This document shows positions 48,101 to 60,820 of a stretch of DNA of 64,000 bases, piece by piece. The notes beneath the pieces are model-generated. The model saw only the letters and a list, made by a program, of their open reading frames with translations, ran no database searches and was not told the DNA's origin. Source of the stretch: Phoronis australis. Taxonomy: Eukaryota; Animalia; Phoronida. Numbering within the stretch: the stretch's first letter is position 1; every line of letters begins with the position of its first letter. The stretch covers positions 1,273,755 to 1,337,754 of the forward strand of contig NMRA01000001.1 in assembly GCA_002633005.1 (NCBI GenBank). The letters are read 5' to 3'. Made by a program: the position numbers and the translations under genes.

Positions 48101-50671
48101 GAAGGTTGAAGTATAGTAAAATTTCTTCAGTTTTGGATACTATGTGGCTGACAAGAAAAATTTTATTTTGTCAAATTTCTCTTCAAAAAATAAGTTTTCA
48201 GGAAATTTTTCAACTTGAATGATTTTAATTTCATGTGACTATTCTTATTTGTATACAGATGTTTGTCAACCCAAGACTTGGGGATGCTGATCAGTGCTTC
48301 ATTTTCTTATTGATTTCTGTTTTAGTTCATTGTGTACCTGTCACTATTTCTTGGAATTTCTGATAAATATCTCATCTTGTTGTACTTTAGGAATTGTTAT
48401 GTCTTGACCTAATTTATGAAATCAGTTGTATCATTTTATTTTAGGTAGTGGTTTGGGTGGACCCTCTAGATGGTACTAAGGAATTCACACAGGGTAAGAT
48501 TTTTAAGTATGAAGTTAGAACAATGTTTTTATATGATTTTATTTGAGAATGCATTATATTTAAGTGTTTCCTAAGTCATTATTTTGGCTCTTGTACTATT
48601 TCCTTATTCGTGAGGTTTTACGTTCTGCAAGTACCAGTTAAGGGATGTGTGTCTTCTTCACATTTGTTATTCTTGCCAGGTTTGCTTGACCATGTGACTG
48701 TGTTGATTGGTGTAGCAGTCCATGGCAAAGCTGTGGGTGGAGTCATTCATCAGCCGTATTATAATTATCAAGCAGGACCAGATGCGGAGTTAGGGCGTAC
48801 TATATGGGGAATTGTTGGCTTGGGTATGTAATTTAAGGATAAGTATTTGAGGTGACTATATACTTTCCTTACCGAAGGTCACGAGCTGGTTTAACCCTGT
48901 CTTCCATCACAAAATCTACTTTTGATTTATCCACTTACCATAAAATTGGTCTCAAATTGTTCTTTTGTCAAATTGTGGGTGATTTCAAGACTGTCGAAGA
49001 AATGACAGTTTGATTGTGCTTGAGACCAGGCTGTACAAGTTGAGGTGTCATTGAATGCACCAAGCATGGTCTCAAGGAATAATCAACTGCCAGTTCTTTG
49101 AAAGTACTGAAATGACTTCTCATCTGAGGAAGGAACAAGTTGAGGCCACTTTTATAGCTGTGAGTGGTCTGAATTAAAAGTTTGTTTATTGGATGGAGCG
49201 TGGGTTAATAACTGCTTTAAGTACTTTAGGCGATAATATTCAACTTGTGAAACTTTACATTAATTATTCTGAGTGATCGTCACAAAAACGTATTATTTGC
49301 ATGACGTTTGTAGTAATGTGACAAAAAAATTTTTAAGAAGTGACTTTTTACTGTGATCTCAGTAACTTCCATTTTCTCACATACACAGTTTGGAACTTCT
49401 GTTTATCCATTCTGTGAGCTACAAAAGCTCATCTGGAATTTGCTTTCAAGGCATTTAGCCCAAGAAAAATGAGGTCTTTCAATTTTTTCACAATGCCACG
49501 GTCTCCTTCTTGATTATCTGATTTCCCGATCTAAAAGGTGTTAAAAGAAAATCCTTGGCATGTTATTGCAGCTACGTATAGAAAAAACAAATTTTCAATT
49601 TTCATGCAAAAGTTTTCTCTTCTTTGAAAATTAAAGCAATCTTCTCAAAAACGGAAAAGTTAGTAGTGACTCAACTGTTGAAGGTGAACTTTGACTTTAT
49701 GTACAATTACTGTTTTACCCACAATCTTATTTGTTTACCATCTTGCGATATTTCCTCGCGTGTTTAAATGGTCCAATGCATGTAAGGTGTCAGAGTGAAC
49801 AGTATCTTATTCTATCAGATTTTTTGTGCCATGACATTGTGAGACTTATAATACATGCAGTTTATGAATTACCTAATGCAGACGCATAATCATGCGGAAT
49901 TTCACTTTACAGGCTCATTTGGTTACGATGCACAAGTGTTACCTAAGGACCAGCATATTATTACGACGACTCGCTCGCACTCACAGAAGTCTGTTGTTGA
50001 TTCTGTGGACGCTTGTGAGCCAACAGAGGTCCTTCGTGTTGGTGGTTCTGGTCATAAGGTATACTATTGAATATTAAGTTACATCTACCGGTTGACTGTT
50101 ATCAAGTGGGCTCTGTTTCATGAAGAGTAACTTAGAACTTAAGTCATAAATTTAGTTTTACACTCCACACAATTATTTCTGAAAAATAATTAACTAATCA
50201 CTCTTGAGGTAGAGTGCAAAAACTCTGAGAATATCCACATAAAAAATGGCGTCGCATAGGACGTTTTAAAGGACTATTTATCACAGTATCAAAAAATTAT
50301 ATCAAGTTGATATTGATGGAGATAAACTGATAATTTTTAAAAAAGGTAACCCTGAGAACTACAGCTTAGCATTATGTTAACTTTCCTAAACTTTGCAAAT
50401 GCTTTTCTGCCAGGTACTCCTAGTGCTAGAAGGTCTGGCCCATGCCTATGTTTTTGGTAGTCCGGGGTGTTGCAAGTGGGACACATGCGCTGGGGAAGCC
50501 ATCTTAAGAGCTGTAGGGGGCAAGTTGACGGACATCCATGGCATCGACATTCCATACGACGCTGGAGCACGGCTAAAGAACCACACTGGAGTTATAGCCA
50601 CTTGCCACACTGATCATAGTTGGTATGTTAGTAAAATACCTCAGTCGGTGCGCGACGAGTTGAAGGCCTGA
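45177..50671 (+). CDS. BPNT1: 3'(2'),5'-bisphosphate nucleotidase 1 (inositol monophosphatase superfamily)
   Basis: Exons 45177-45299 (GC donor), 46937-47038, 47438-47542, 48445-48493, 48680-48823, 49913-50058, 50414-50671. Motifs: [76 protein letters not shown]. Confidence 0.94.
45482..45847. mobile_element. Foldback element in BPNT1 intron 1, same family as 62967-63772
   Basis: Inverted arms (GGCCCTTCATAA...TTATGCCTCACA vs TGTGAGGCATAA...TTATGAAGGGCC). Shares TTTGGGCAACTGAA.GAAGGACTG and GGAAGGAATTA..GAC..CGACGGC with the 63-kb copies. Confidence 0.65.
48885..49220. mobile_element. Degenerate palindromic MITE related to 7438-7778
   Basis: Shares AAATTGGTCTCAAATTGTTC, GAGACCAG..T.TACAA and AAGCATGGTCTCAA.GAATAA with the 7.5-kb copy. 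Confidence 0.55.
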
Positions 50672-51342
50672 CTTGAATCGAAATTCTGATTAGACTAGAG
50701 GTTTGTGTGTATTTGTGACCTAGCTTGAAATAGGAATGTGCTGTAACTTCCGTCGCTTCTTTTCTTGATAGTTAATTGTTTTGACTATTTATTAGCCGTT
50801 AGTAATGTCACAATTGTGTTGGCTTGTTGAGTCAAAGTAATGCAAAGTGTTACCACCAAAGCCATGAAAGCATTTAATTTATTTTACGAAGTGAGTCTGC
50901 ATCACAATGAAGGAGTCACTCTAAGGGATTGAACCATTTTATAAAAACTCCTGTCCAAGTACAGAAATCTACATCAATTACTCCACGAGATGCATGAAAA
51001 CAAATATTTGTTGAGTCATACAGCAATTTTTGATCAGACAACGCGTTTTGTCGCTTGATGTATACGGACTGTTTGTACACGGAAGGTTTATATTATGTAT
51101 TGATATCTAGAGAAATGATCAAATTTGAAGTGATCAAATCTTATAATGCTGTGTTTTAGCTCTAGTGTGCTTGCAGAGACGTAGCTTGTCTTAAGAAAAG
51201 AGGTGACTTCTTACTCTACATATACTGACTTGTAATCAGTTTATGCTAAGACTGTTTTTGGTGGAAAATGCGAATTAACCTGAGTGTGTGAATTTTTGGG
51301 TGCGTAGTTTACTTTTTGCATATAACTGGTCAGTGAACGTGA

Positions 51343-51747
51343 AGGGGAAAGCAACCATTTTTAGCAAAAATTCAGATCCCTGGTTGTCTTGGTTGTTTTC
51401 CATTTTTTGTCACTATTACCCTATCTTGTATTTACTATCCATGGAACAAAAGAAAGTGTAAAGTTGTAAACGTCCCGGTAAAAGATTCACATTTTCCTTC
51501 TGCGTTCTCTTCCATTGAGGAAATGTAATGTCCTGCTGGCTATTGCACAGTCTGTGGAGCTCACTCGTGTTTTGCTCAACGGAACCAAGATGCCGGTCCT
51601 ACACCTGGCCACTTTACGTTATGCTCTACTGTTCTTTTAATAGTACATACTCGCCATGGGTACAGTAATTAACACGGAAAAATGACACTGTAAGAAACCA
51701 GGGATCTCCATCTTTAAAGGTAGCATCTAATGTGGTTGCTTTCCCCT
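51343..51747. mobile_element. TIR element downstream of BPNT1
   Basis: 15-bp TIR AGGGGAAAGCAACCA / TGGTTGCTTTCCCCT, internal inverted AGATCCCTGGTT / AACCAGGGATCT, TTAA on the right flank. Confidence 0.55.
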
Positions 51748-54096
51748 TTAAAGCTGCAGTGAAAATATCCAGTTGTGCAACGACATTGCAATTTGGTATG
51801 AAAACCACAAACTGAGTGTTGATTTTTGTGGAATGATCGATAGCTTGTATGTGAGGGATTTTGCAGACATTTTCATATGAGGGTTTTCAAAGATTTTAGA
51901 AAATTGTTTTTTAGCCATTGTTTTAGATTTTTAAACTTAATTCTGCGTAGAAGAAGCTGACCAGCTGGTTGTACAAGCACTGCTGCACTACATGTGTTGT
52001 TAGGAGGCTGTTGTTTGAATCTTGCCATTTCAATGTATTGTATTGTCCAATTGTAAATGCCCACTGCAAACATGGACATGGGGTCACATTTTTTTTCATT
52101 AAGTCTAGCTATTAGCCCTTCATTAAGTAACCACAAACTTGTGCTTTCTGTTGGACAGTTTGATGTACATTTTGTTCATACTTTATGTAAAATTTCTGAT
52201 CTTCCGGTGTGCAGGTGTAAAGCAAATTGCCTGAGGATGAAGCATGCGCTCCCGAATTATACCATCGGAAGTTGTCCAACAGAAAGTACAGCCATGTTTT
52301 CAACATAGTCTTCCTAACCGAAGATGTGCTTTCTTAATATTTTAACTGTTTCTAGGTCAATGAAAATCGCGGCTTGAATAATTTTGGTTAGACGTTATGC
52401 CATTGTGTTCAGATCCTTAGTTCACCAGTTGATTTCAAAAGTCTATTGGCTTGCTGTGGATGCAAGATCTTATTTCATTTTTAGATTTTTCTTATGGGGC
52501 ATCTTCAGTGTTGCTAACTGAACCATAATTGTAACATGGCCCACGTGTTGTTACTAAGTCTGTCTTTCAAGAAGCGGAACCTTGACTTTTAGTTGAAGAC
52601 ATTATAGCTTTGATTCATACTTCTGCCAAACCAAGGTCCCGTTTCTTCAAAGTTATCAACTGAGTAGTAGCAGTGACATCACGATCCCCGACGCAAGCAC
52701 AATGGAGCCATGCCTCCCCCCCTTGGTTTCAAAAATGTTCTTGCCTGTTCTAAACTCATTTCTGAGTTTTGCTTTTGACCGTCTGTTCATTGCGAAGTTT
52801 AAGTTTCTCTTGGTTGCTTCTCATTTCTAGCCCTCTGACAAAACCTTAATAACCAGAAAAACATTCCTTTAATCTCAACTCTTGTAATCAAGTTCATGAA
52901 ATTTGCACTGTTTTATTGTTGTTAATGAGCAGTTAGTATGCTTCTGTTAATAAAGATGAAAAATAACATAGAGTTGTGAAATTCAGTAAATTACACCTTG
53001 GAAACAAAGTCAAAGTACATTATAATGAGCTCTTGGAACTGTGGATTGGTTTTGGCAAGCGGACAATTTGTCAGTGTTGCCATTTTTGTCTCGTGGTCAA
53101 GTGTTTACAGTTTGAAAAGAGAGTGAAGAACAAATGTCCGCTTAATTTTTTTAAGAATGTTGATAGAAATCGTCTCCAGCGAGCAAAGTGAGCATTTCTG
53201 ACAAAATTGTGTAAATCATATGGAATAACTTTAATTGCTGTGTGTCCAGTGTTTGGTGGAACTCATTTACTGCAAGAGAAAAGAATAAGCTATGTTGAAA
53301 GCGTTTTAGTTATTCCCAGGAAAATGCCAGCAACATATTTCAGAAATGACTGATTGGGTTTAAATAAAATTCAAATACGACTTTCTGTGCCGATTGGGTC
53401 TATGGGACGTGTCATGTAAATTTCATGAAGAGGCGCCTTTCCGATTTTATCTCGTTTGCAAGGGTTTATTTCAGAATTTATAGGTTAGTAATTCTGCAAA
53501 ATGGTCTCACCCCGGCGGCCTTTTCAACAGAACTCTATACAGTGACGTGCCGCATTACTACGCGCCCTGAAATAATGAGTTACGCGGCCTTATTTACCCA
53601 AGACGTGAAGTGCTTCGCATTTTGGCGCATACGCCTGAGTTTCACATACAAGCAAAGTTCCTTGCAAACGCCCGTGAGCCTAATGACGCGACAATAGTTT
53701 ATTACTGTGCGATTCGTGTTGAATCTTTATGTTTAATCAACTTTCTTTCCCACTAGGCCATTTCACATTTCACTAAAAGTCTTTCACAACAGCCAAAAGA
53801 ACTAGTGCAGTCGCATCCGCTAACCTTTGACAGACAAAAACAAGCGTGCATGTATGAACTAAGTCTACTGTGAAAACGTTAGTTGCTGACATATCTTTCG
53901 CAAGTTGGCTAACTGTGTTTATATCGAGCATGAGCTCCAACTCTCACTTCTTGCTGCCCCGCCATCAAGGATTCAGCTTTTTGTGAAGCCCAAAGAAAAT
54001 GCTGCATGCGTTTTTTTTTTTTTTCTTTTTTTTGATAAGATCTGGAGAAATTGTGTGTTGAAGGCACATCAGAACGTGTCACGCGGCGCAAAACGC

Positions 54097-55551
54097 ATGT
54101 TTACAATATTCCAGTTTGAACTCGTTTTTCTTTTCGTGCTGTCCAATGTGGTAAAAATTTCGACACGCACCACGAAAAACATCGGAGTACAACTGCATAC
54201 CAGCGAGAACGAAGACTGTGATGGGATAAAAATCGATGAAGAAGACGAGGGAATCAACGGGCATATCAAATGCTTTCAGCCCCTTGCTGCGTTGTTTTGG
54301 GATGAGACTAACACGCCTCTGCAGAAATCGGGAAAGTGCTTCGTACTTGGCTTCTATGCCTTTCATAGACACTTTAAGCTGATACTAAAAACTAAATCAG
54401 CACCAGCAAATGATACACTCAGAGTTAACATTTTTGATCAGGATGGGAACAATGAATTTAATTTGACAAGAGAGAGATTAGTTACGGGTCATGTTCAAGG
54501 TGAAAACGAGTCAATTGTACAGGGATGGTACAATTTCAAGAAACACGAGTTTGAAGGGACCATTATTACAGAGACCATTTATTTCGTAGAAAGAGTACAT
54601 CGCAAGAGCAAATATGTCAATTTACCATGGAACATTATAATTTACAAAAGCACTGATAAGTCCTTGACGAATCTGTTTCAAAAGGACGTCGTGAACGAGC
54701 GGAAAACATCAACAAAAAGACTCCATCGCCGCAAAAGATTCTTAATCATTAATGATATCCACGAAAACTACGCACATGGCAGAAACAACAAAGTATGTAC
54801 GATTCATGTTCTAGCTGACCATTTGTTTTTCGAATATATTGGTTACAGCAGCGTTACCATGGCAATACGCGAAATTGAGTACCAGTTAAACAGCGCCGAT
54901 GCCATATTCAGAGCGTCAGACTTCGACGAAGACGGCGACAGTGATAACATTGGCCTGCGCATAGCCAAAATAACCATTTACAAGAACCCTCGCCCTGATT
55001 TAGATAAGCACTACGCTGACCCGTACAAGTTTTTGAACGCTGCTTACAATCGGCACGATATGTCCGACTATTGTTTGGCTAGCTTTCTTACATACCGCGA
55101 CTTCAAAAGCGGTGTCATAGGAATGGCATGGAGACCTGATCCCGGTGAAATCTTTTATGGAATATGTCAAAAACCAATCATCCAGGGTCTTACCAGCAAA
55201 AACGGAAATTTCGTCACTTACCTGAATTTTAACAAACGAATTCCACGACATCAAATAGCCGTGGCATTGGCTCACGAGATAGGTCACAATTTTGGAGCCT
55301 ACCACGACACAAAAAACTCCCCACCGGATTGCGTCCCCAGTGGAGACAACGGGAACTACATCATGTACGAAATGGCAAGCTCAGGACTACAGCGCAACAA
55401 TCGATTGTTTTCTATTTGCAGCAAAAGAGACATCATGCGCGTGTTAAAATTCAACGCTATCTGCTTCCTGGACGATTTCACACTCTGTGGTAACGGTGTG
55501 CGAGAAGCGAACGAAGAATGCGACTGTGGTGACACCGAACAGTGCAACAGC
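54097..55551 (+). CDS. Truncated near-identical copy of the ADAM10/17-like gene (probably the alternate haplotype, cut at an N)
   Basis: 53554-55551 duplicates 55554-57566. The frame is intact through HEIGHNFGAYHD and breaks exactly at N 55552. I see two amino-acid differences (TPL/TPP and KYV/KYA). Confidence 0.6.
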
Positions 55552-56111
55552 NTATTACTGCGCGCCCTGAAATAATGAGTTTTACGCGGCCATTTACCCA
55601 ATTGCTTCGCATTTTGGCGCATGCGCCTGAGTTTCACATACAAGCAAAGTTCCTCGCAAACGCCCGTGAGCCTAATGACGCGACAATAGTTTATTACTGT
55701 GCGATTCGTGTTGAATCGTTATGTTTAATCAACTTTCTTTCCCACTACGCCATTTCACATTTCACAAAAAGTCTTTCACATTTCACAAAAAGTCTTTCAC
55801 AACAGCCAAAAGAACTAGTGCAGTCGCATTCGCTAACCTTTGACAGACAAAAACAAACGTGCATGTATGAACTAAGTCTACTGTGAAAACGTTAGTTGCT
55901 GACATATCATTCGCAAGTTGGCTCACTGTTTTTATATCGAGCATGAGCTCCAACTCTCACTTCTTGCTGCCCCGGCATCAAGGATTCAGTTTTTTGTGAA
56001 GTTATAACGACAACTGAGCCCAAAGAAAATGCCGCATGCGTTTTTTTGGATAAGATCTGAAGAAATTGTGTGTTGAAGGCACATTAGAACGTGTCACGCG
56101 GCGCAAAACGC

Positions 56112-58547
56112 ATGTTTACAATATTCCAGTTTGAACTCGTTTTTCTTTTCGTGCTGTCCAATGTGGTAAAGATTTCAACACGCACCACGAAAAACATCGG
56201 AGTACAACTGCACACCAGCGAGAACGAAGACTGTGATGGGATAAAAATCGATGAAGAAGACGAGGGAATCAACGGGCATATCAAATGCTTTCAGCCCCTT
56301 GCTGCGTTGTTTTGGGATGAGACTAACACGCCTCCGCAGAAATCGGGAAAGTGCTTCGTACTTGGCTTCTATGCCTTTCATAGACACTTTAAGCTGATAC
56401 TAAAAACTAAATCAGCACCAGCAAATGATACACTCAGAGTTAACATTTTTGATCAGGATGGGAACAATGAATTTAATTTGACAAGAGAGAGATTAGTTAC
56501 GGGTCATGTTCAAGGTGAAAACGAGTCAATTGTACAGGGATGGTACAATTTCAAGAAACACGAGTTTGAAGGGACCATTATTACAGAGACCATTTATTTC
56601 GTAGAAAGAGTACATCGCAAGAGCAAATATGCCAATTTACCATGGAACATTATAATTTACAAAAGCACTGATAAGTCCTTGACGAATCTGTTTCAAAAGG
56701 ACGTCGTGAACGAGCGGAAAACATCAACAAAAAGACTCCATCGCCGCAAAAGATTCTTAATCATTAATGATATCCACGAAAACTACGCACATGGCAGAAA
56801 CAACAAAGTATGTACGATTCATGTTCTAGCTGACCATTTGTTTTTCGAATATATTGGTTACAGCAGCGTTACCATGGCAATACGCGAAATTGAGTACCAG
56901 TTAAACAGCGCCGATGCCATATTCAGAGCGTCAGACTTCGACGAAGACGGCGACAGTGATAACATTGGCCTGCGCATAGCCAAAATAACCATTTACAAGA
57001 ACCCTCGCCCTGATTTAGATAAGCACTACGCTGACCCGTACAAGTTTTTGAACGCTGCTTACAATCGGCACGATATGTCCGACTATTGTTTGGCTAGCTT
57101 TCTTACATACCGCGACTTCAAAAGCGGTGTCATAGGAATGGCATGGAGACCTGATCCCGGTGAAATCTTTTATGGAATATGTCAAAAACCAATCATCCAG
57201 GGTCTTACCAGCAAAAACGGAAATTTCGTCACATACCTGAATTTTAACAAACGAATTCCACGACATCAAATAGCCGTGGCATTGGCTCACGAGATAGGTC
57301 ACAATTTTGGAGCCTACCACGACACAAAAAACTCCCCACCGGATTGCGTCCCCAGTGGAGACAACGGGAACTACATCATGTACGAAATGGCAAGCTCAGG
57401 ACTACAGCGCAACAATCGATTGTTTTCTATTTGCAGCAAAAGAGACATCATGCGCGTGTTAAAATTCAACGCTATCTGCTTCCTGGACGATTTCACACTC
57501 TGTGGTAACGGTGTGCGAGAAGCGAACGAAGAATGCGACTGTGGTGACACCGAACAGTGCAACAGCATCGATCATTGTTGTACTCCGTCTGATTCACGCA
57601 CGGGACAACCATGCACAATCAGGCGAGACAAGGGATACACGTGCACAGGCTCAGCCTTGTGCTGTGATTCCGAAACGTGTCACATCATAACGGCGGAGAT
57701 GAAATTCGTCTGCAACTACGCGCTAGAATGCACTCAACATTCGACATGTGACGGCATCCACGTCCATTGTCCGCTTCCGTCTCAACAACCTGACGGCTTT
57801 CCTTGTGGCCATGGGGCTCACATATGTAGCAACGGACAGTGTAACCAGACAAGATGTCACGAGCAAAATAAAGTCGACTGCCAGTGTTCGGAAAAAGAAA
57901 ACTTGTGTGTGTTGTGCTGCAAGGAACCGAATCGACAAGAAACCTGTTCACCTTACATTTCTCCAGCTACCGGGAAAGAGCTGCAACTGAAGCATGGAGA
58001 ACTGTGTAAAGACTACAGAGGATTCTGCGACGCTAACTCACAATGTGTGATACAGAATTTGGAAGTCATCGACAGATTTCTTACAATAACTACGGACGAG
58101 GGATGGACACAGGTCGCCCTGTGGTTGAAAGCCAGTTGGATGGTTTGGGTTTTCTTCGCTCTTAGCATAGTCGTGGTTCCCGTTGTATTATTCAAAACTA
58201 AGCTGATGAGGAGGCAACTACAGATTCATCACATAGCTTATAAGACAGGCACATTAGCCAATGTGTGGTTCGACGCCAGAATTCATCAAGCACGAATAGC
58301 TAAGAAAATTAATTTCCTTGACCGTATGCGGTACACAGCAGAATTCAGGATGAACTTGCTAACCGCAATTGTTCGAATAAAAACGTTTTTTCCGACGTTG
58401 TCAAATAAAGCAGCCTGCAGAGTCGTCAACAAGTGTTCAAACGAGGAAGCTGCCGTCACTAGGCTGCTCTTAGAAGGTTATCCAGCTCGTAAGATTGGCA
58501 ACGTAGTAGGACGAAACGAAAAATCGGAAATGCATGTGGGAAGATGA
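56112..58547 (+). CDS. Intronless ADAM10/ADAM17-like disintegrin and metalloproteinase
   Basis: Single ORF. Hydrophobic N-terminus from ATG 56112, prodomain, furin site RRKR, ADHLFF, RDFKSGVIGMAW, zinc motif HEIGHNFGAYHD, Met-turn GNYIMY, disintegrin CGNGVREANEECDCG, Cys-rich membrane-proximal domain, TM segment WMVWVFFALSIVVVPVVLF and a cytoplasmic tail. AATAAA at 58951. Confidence 0.92.
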   Translation: MFTIFQFELVFLFVLSNVVKISTRTTKNIGVQLHTSENEDCDGIKIDEEDEGINGHIKCFQPLAALFWDETNTPPQKSGKCFVLGFYAFHRHFKLILKTKSAPANDTLRVNIFDQDGNNEFNLTRERLVTGHVQGENESIVQGWYNFKKHEFEGTIITETIYFVERVHRKSKYANLPWNIIIYKSTDKSLTNLFQKDVVNERKTSTKRLHRRKRFLIINDIHENYAHGRNNKVCTIHVLADHLFFEYIGYSSVTMAIREIEYQLNSADAIFRASDFDEDGDSDNIGLRIAKITIYKNPRPDLDKHYADPYKFLNAAYNRHDMSDYCLASFLTYRDFKSGVIGMAWRPDPGEIFYGICQKPIIQGLTSKNGNFVTYLNFNKRIPRHQIAVALAHEIGHNFGAYHDTKNSPPDCVPSGDNGNYIMYEMASSGLQRNNRLFSICSKRDIMRVLKFNAICFLDDFTLCGNGVREANEECDCGDTEQCNSIDHCCTPSDSRTGQPCTIRRDKGYTCTGSALCCDSETCHIITAEMKFVCNYALECTQHSTCDGIHVHCPLPSQQPDGFPCGHGAHICSNGQCNQTRCHEQNKVDCQCSEKENLCVLCCKEPNRQETCSPYISPATGKELQLKHGELCKDYRGFCDANSQCVIQNLEVIDRFLTITTDEGWTQVALWLKASWMVWVFFALSIVVVPVVLFKTKLMRRQLQIHHIAYKTGTLANVWFDARIHQARIAKKINFLDRMRYTAEFRMNLLTAIVRIKTFFPTLSNKAACRVVNKCSNEEAAVTRLLLEGYPARKIGNVVGRNEKSEMHVGR

Positions 58548-60820
58548 CTTACAAAGTCAACGCCGTCAACAACTGTTGTGGATGAGGCTACCCACAAGCG
58601 CCACTACACAACTGCATGGATCACGACTTTCGGGTTACGTTATCTTTAACTAGTTGGTGATCGTCTTCCAACCTCCATCACTTCCGTCAGCGCGGTCCAA
58701 ACATTAAAAGAGAGTATAATTGCTTCGGTTCGATAGAGCACAGCGGAGTTACGAACACGTAAACGAAAGCCGAGTTCAACCGTTTACATGGTCGCCTAGC
58801 CTCGCATTTTAAACCAATCGGCCAACAAGCAGGTGACATCCAGTCATCTCAAGCCAAGAACGCTAGGCTAATACCTTTAAGCTAAATGTGCAAAAACACC
58901 AACCAGTGAGTTGAGCTACTGTCATGGAGGTGTCTACCATTCACAGGCAGAATAAAAATAGATATTTTCCCTTTTAACACTGAGAGTCGCTTTTGTTTCG
59001 GTGGTTTTGTTCATTTGCATGAAATGACTGTGCCGGACTGGAATTACGTAACAGAGCCTACAACTCAATTTCATTGTCAAATACCGTCAAGTTGTTGGTC
59101 TGAACCTGTAAGTCCAGTTCCCACAACTTGGAGCTCATGTTTCGGACACTATGACGTGCGACAGTTACGCTTTCCCCGCGCCGTTATGAGAAAGCGACTT
59201 CAAGTACGTCACTTTGCCAGCGTTGACACAAACTCTTGATTAGCCAACTCTAGCTTCTTAAAAACGAAATTAACTCTGGAAATTGAAAACAGAACTACAG
59301 GTTCCAACACTTGTATTAATCACCGATCATACTTCTGGAGTCTGTGTTCCATGAAAAGTGATAAGACTTTTGAATTTCCCGTTGTCTACAAAAGACTACT
59401 AGAACTTTGCTATCAGTACACTCATACCTCAAAGTTGCTGAATAGGCAAGTAATGATCAGCACTGCACACTCTTGAAATAATTATGTACAACCAGTTATG
59501 TATGTATTCTCAGAGGCTGCATTTTTTGCTCCAGTGAATTTTAATCATCTTGTAGAAACTTTGAATGGTGCCAAGCATTAAGATCATTTTTTTACTTTAA
59601 GTGTTAATATTATAGAACTCAAGCCAGATCTACAGTTCTATGATCTTATGTGACCTTTCATGAAGCCGGGCCCAAGTACTTTCCGTTAAGTTCTGCTGGA
59701 AAGATGGTTTTGGTTTATCATTAAAATTGCAGGTCTTTGCTCCGATAGTTTTGAGTGGAGTACCATAGCGCATCTTTAGTTTGCTTTCCTTTTATAGGGA
59801 AATTGCATTGCGGCACAGAAAAAATACAAAAAGCTTACACGCCATCTGCTGTATGAAGCCGAAGTAGTCTCGGGATAATTTCCTCGTCCCTCAGGCTCTG
59901 CCTACGCTTCCCAATCTTAGCAGAAAAGTGGAAAAAGCACAATCTTGTTGGATAAGCTCGCATAGGATCTATAGTCATGCACAAGGAAATGCAGCATCTA
60001 TAGACGAGGTCTCAGACTCAGCCAAGCGTGATGTGAGGTACTGGGGCACCGTTCCATAAATCTAAGTGGCAACCGAGAGAAAAAGCAATGAAGATTTTGT
60101 TAGGCGCTGCAAAAAAAAAAACAACCACTGATGTGACCACACTCGTCTAGTTTATTCGCTGGCTTCGAGAGAATGCATATTTAATACATTGATTTACTCG
60201 ATTTTCCATCCATAAGAACCAAACGTGGACCAAATATAATTGTCAGACGCAAGAATTAGAATAACATGCCCCTTTATGTTTCTTTTTCTTTGATAGGTAT
60301 AAGGAATGCGTGTTTTTCCATTACACATTCGGCACCTGAGCATCAAAATATCACCCTTTAAACCAGAAATCAAAGCTAATGAATGGGGAAGCATCAAAAC
60401 CGGGGAACATGGTGTCTGGATAATGTTAAGACAGGAGAAAATAGCACCCAGGGAACATCTGTATGGGGGGAAATAGGGTCGAGCTGACCCCATTAATCTA
60501 TAGCAGGGGTTAGCATGATGACGCCAAGGGAAGCAGGACAAAATCTAACTTGTTTCATATTTGGCAAAAAAGACCCCAAAAATATTGAAGTAGTAGCAGT
60601 GAAAAATGGTACAGGTGACACCCATCCAAGAGATTTGGTGAGAAATTTACATAACCTACAACATAACCAAGCAGTATTGTAGAATTATAACGATAAATAA
60701 TTTATTAGTAATTATTCATATGATATACAACAAATATGAACGTCAAAAAATTCCACCAATTATGTCAAATAAACTATATGATAAAAATAAATATTAAACA
60801 ACTTCCAGTTTCCGGCTCCA

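Noticed and set aside
53905-54096. N-terminal extension of the first ADAM copy from a TTG start
   Set aside because: Not preserved in the second copy (indels and a stop); the ATG at 54097/56112 precedes the hydrophobic signal-like segment.
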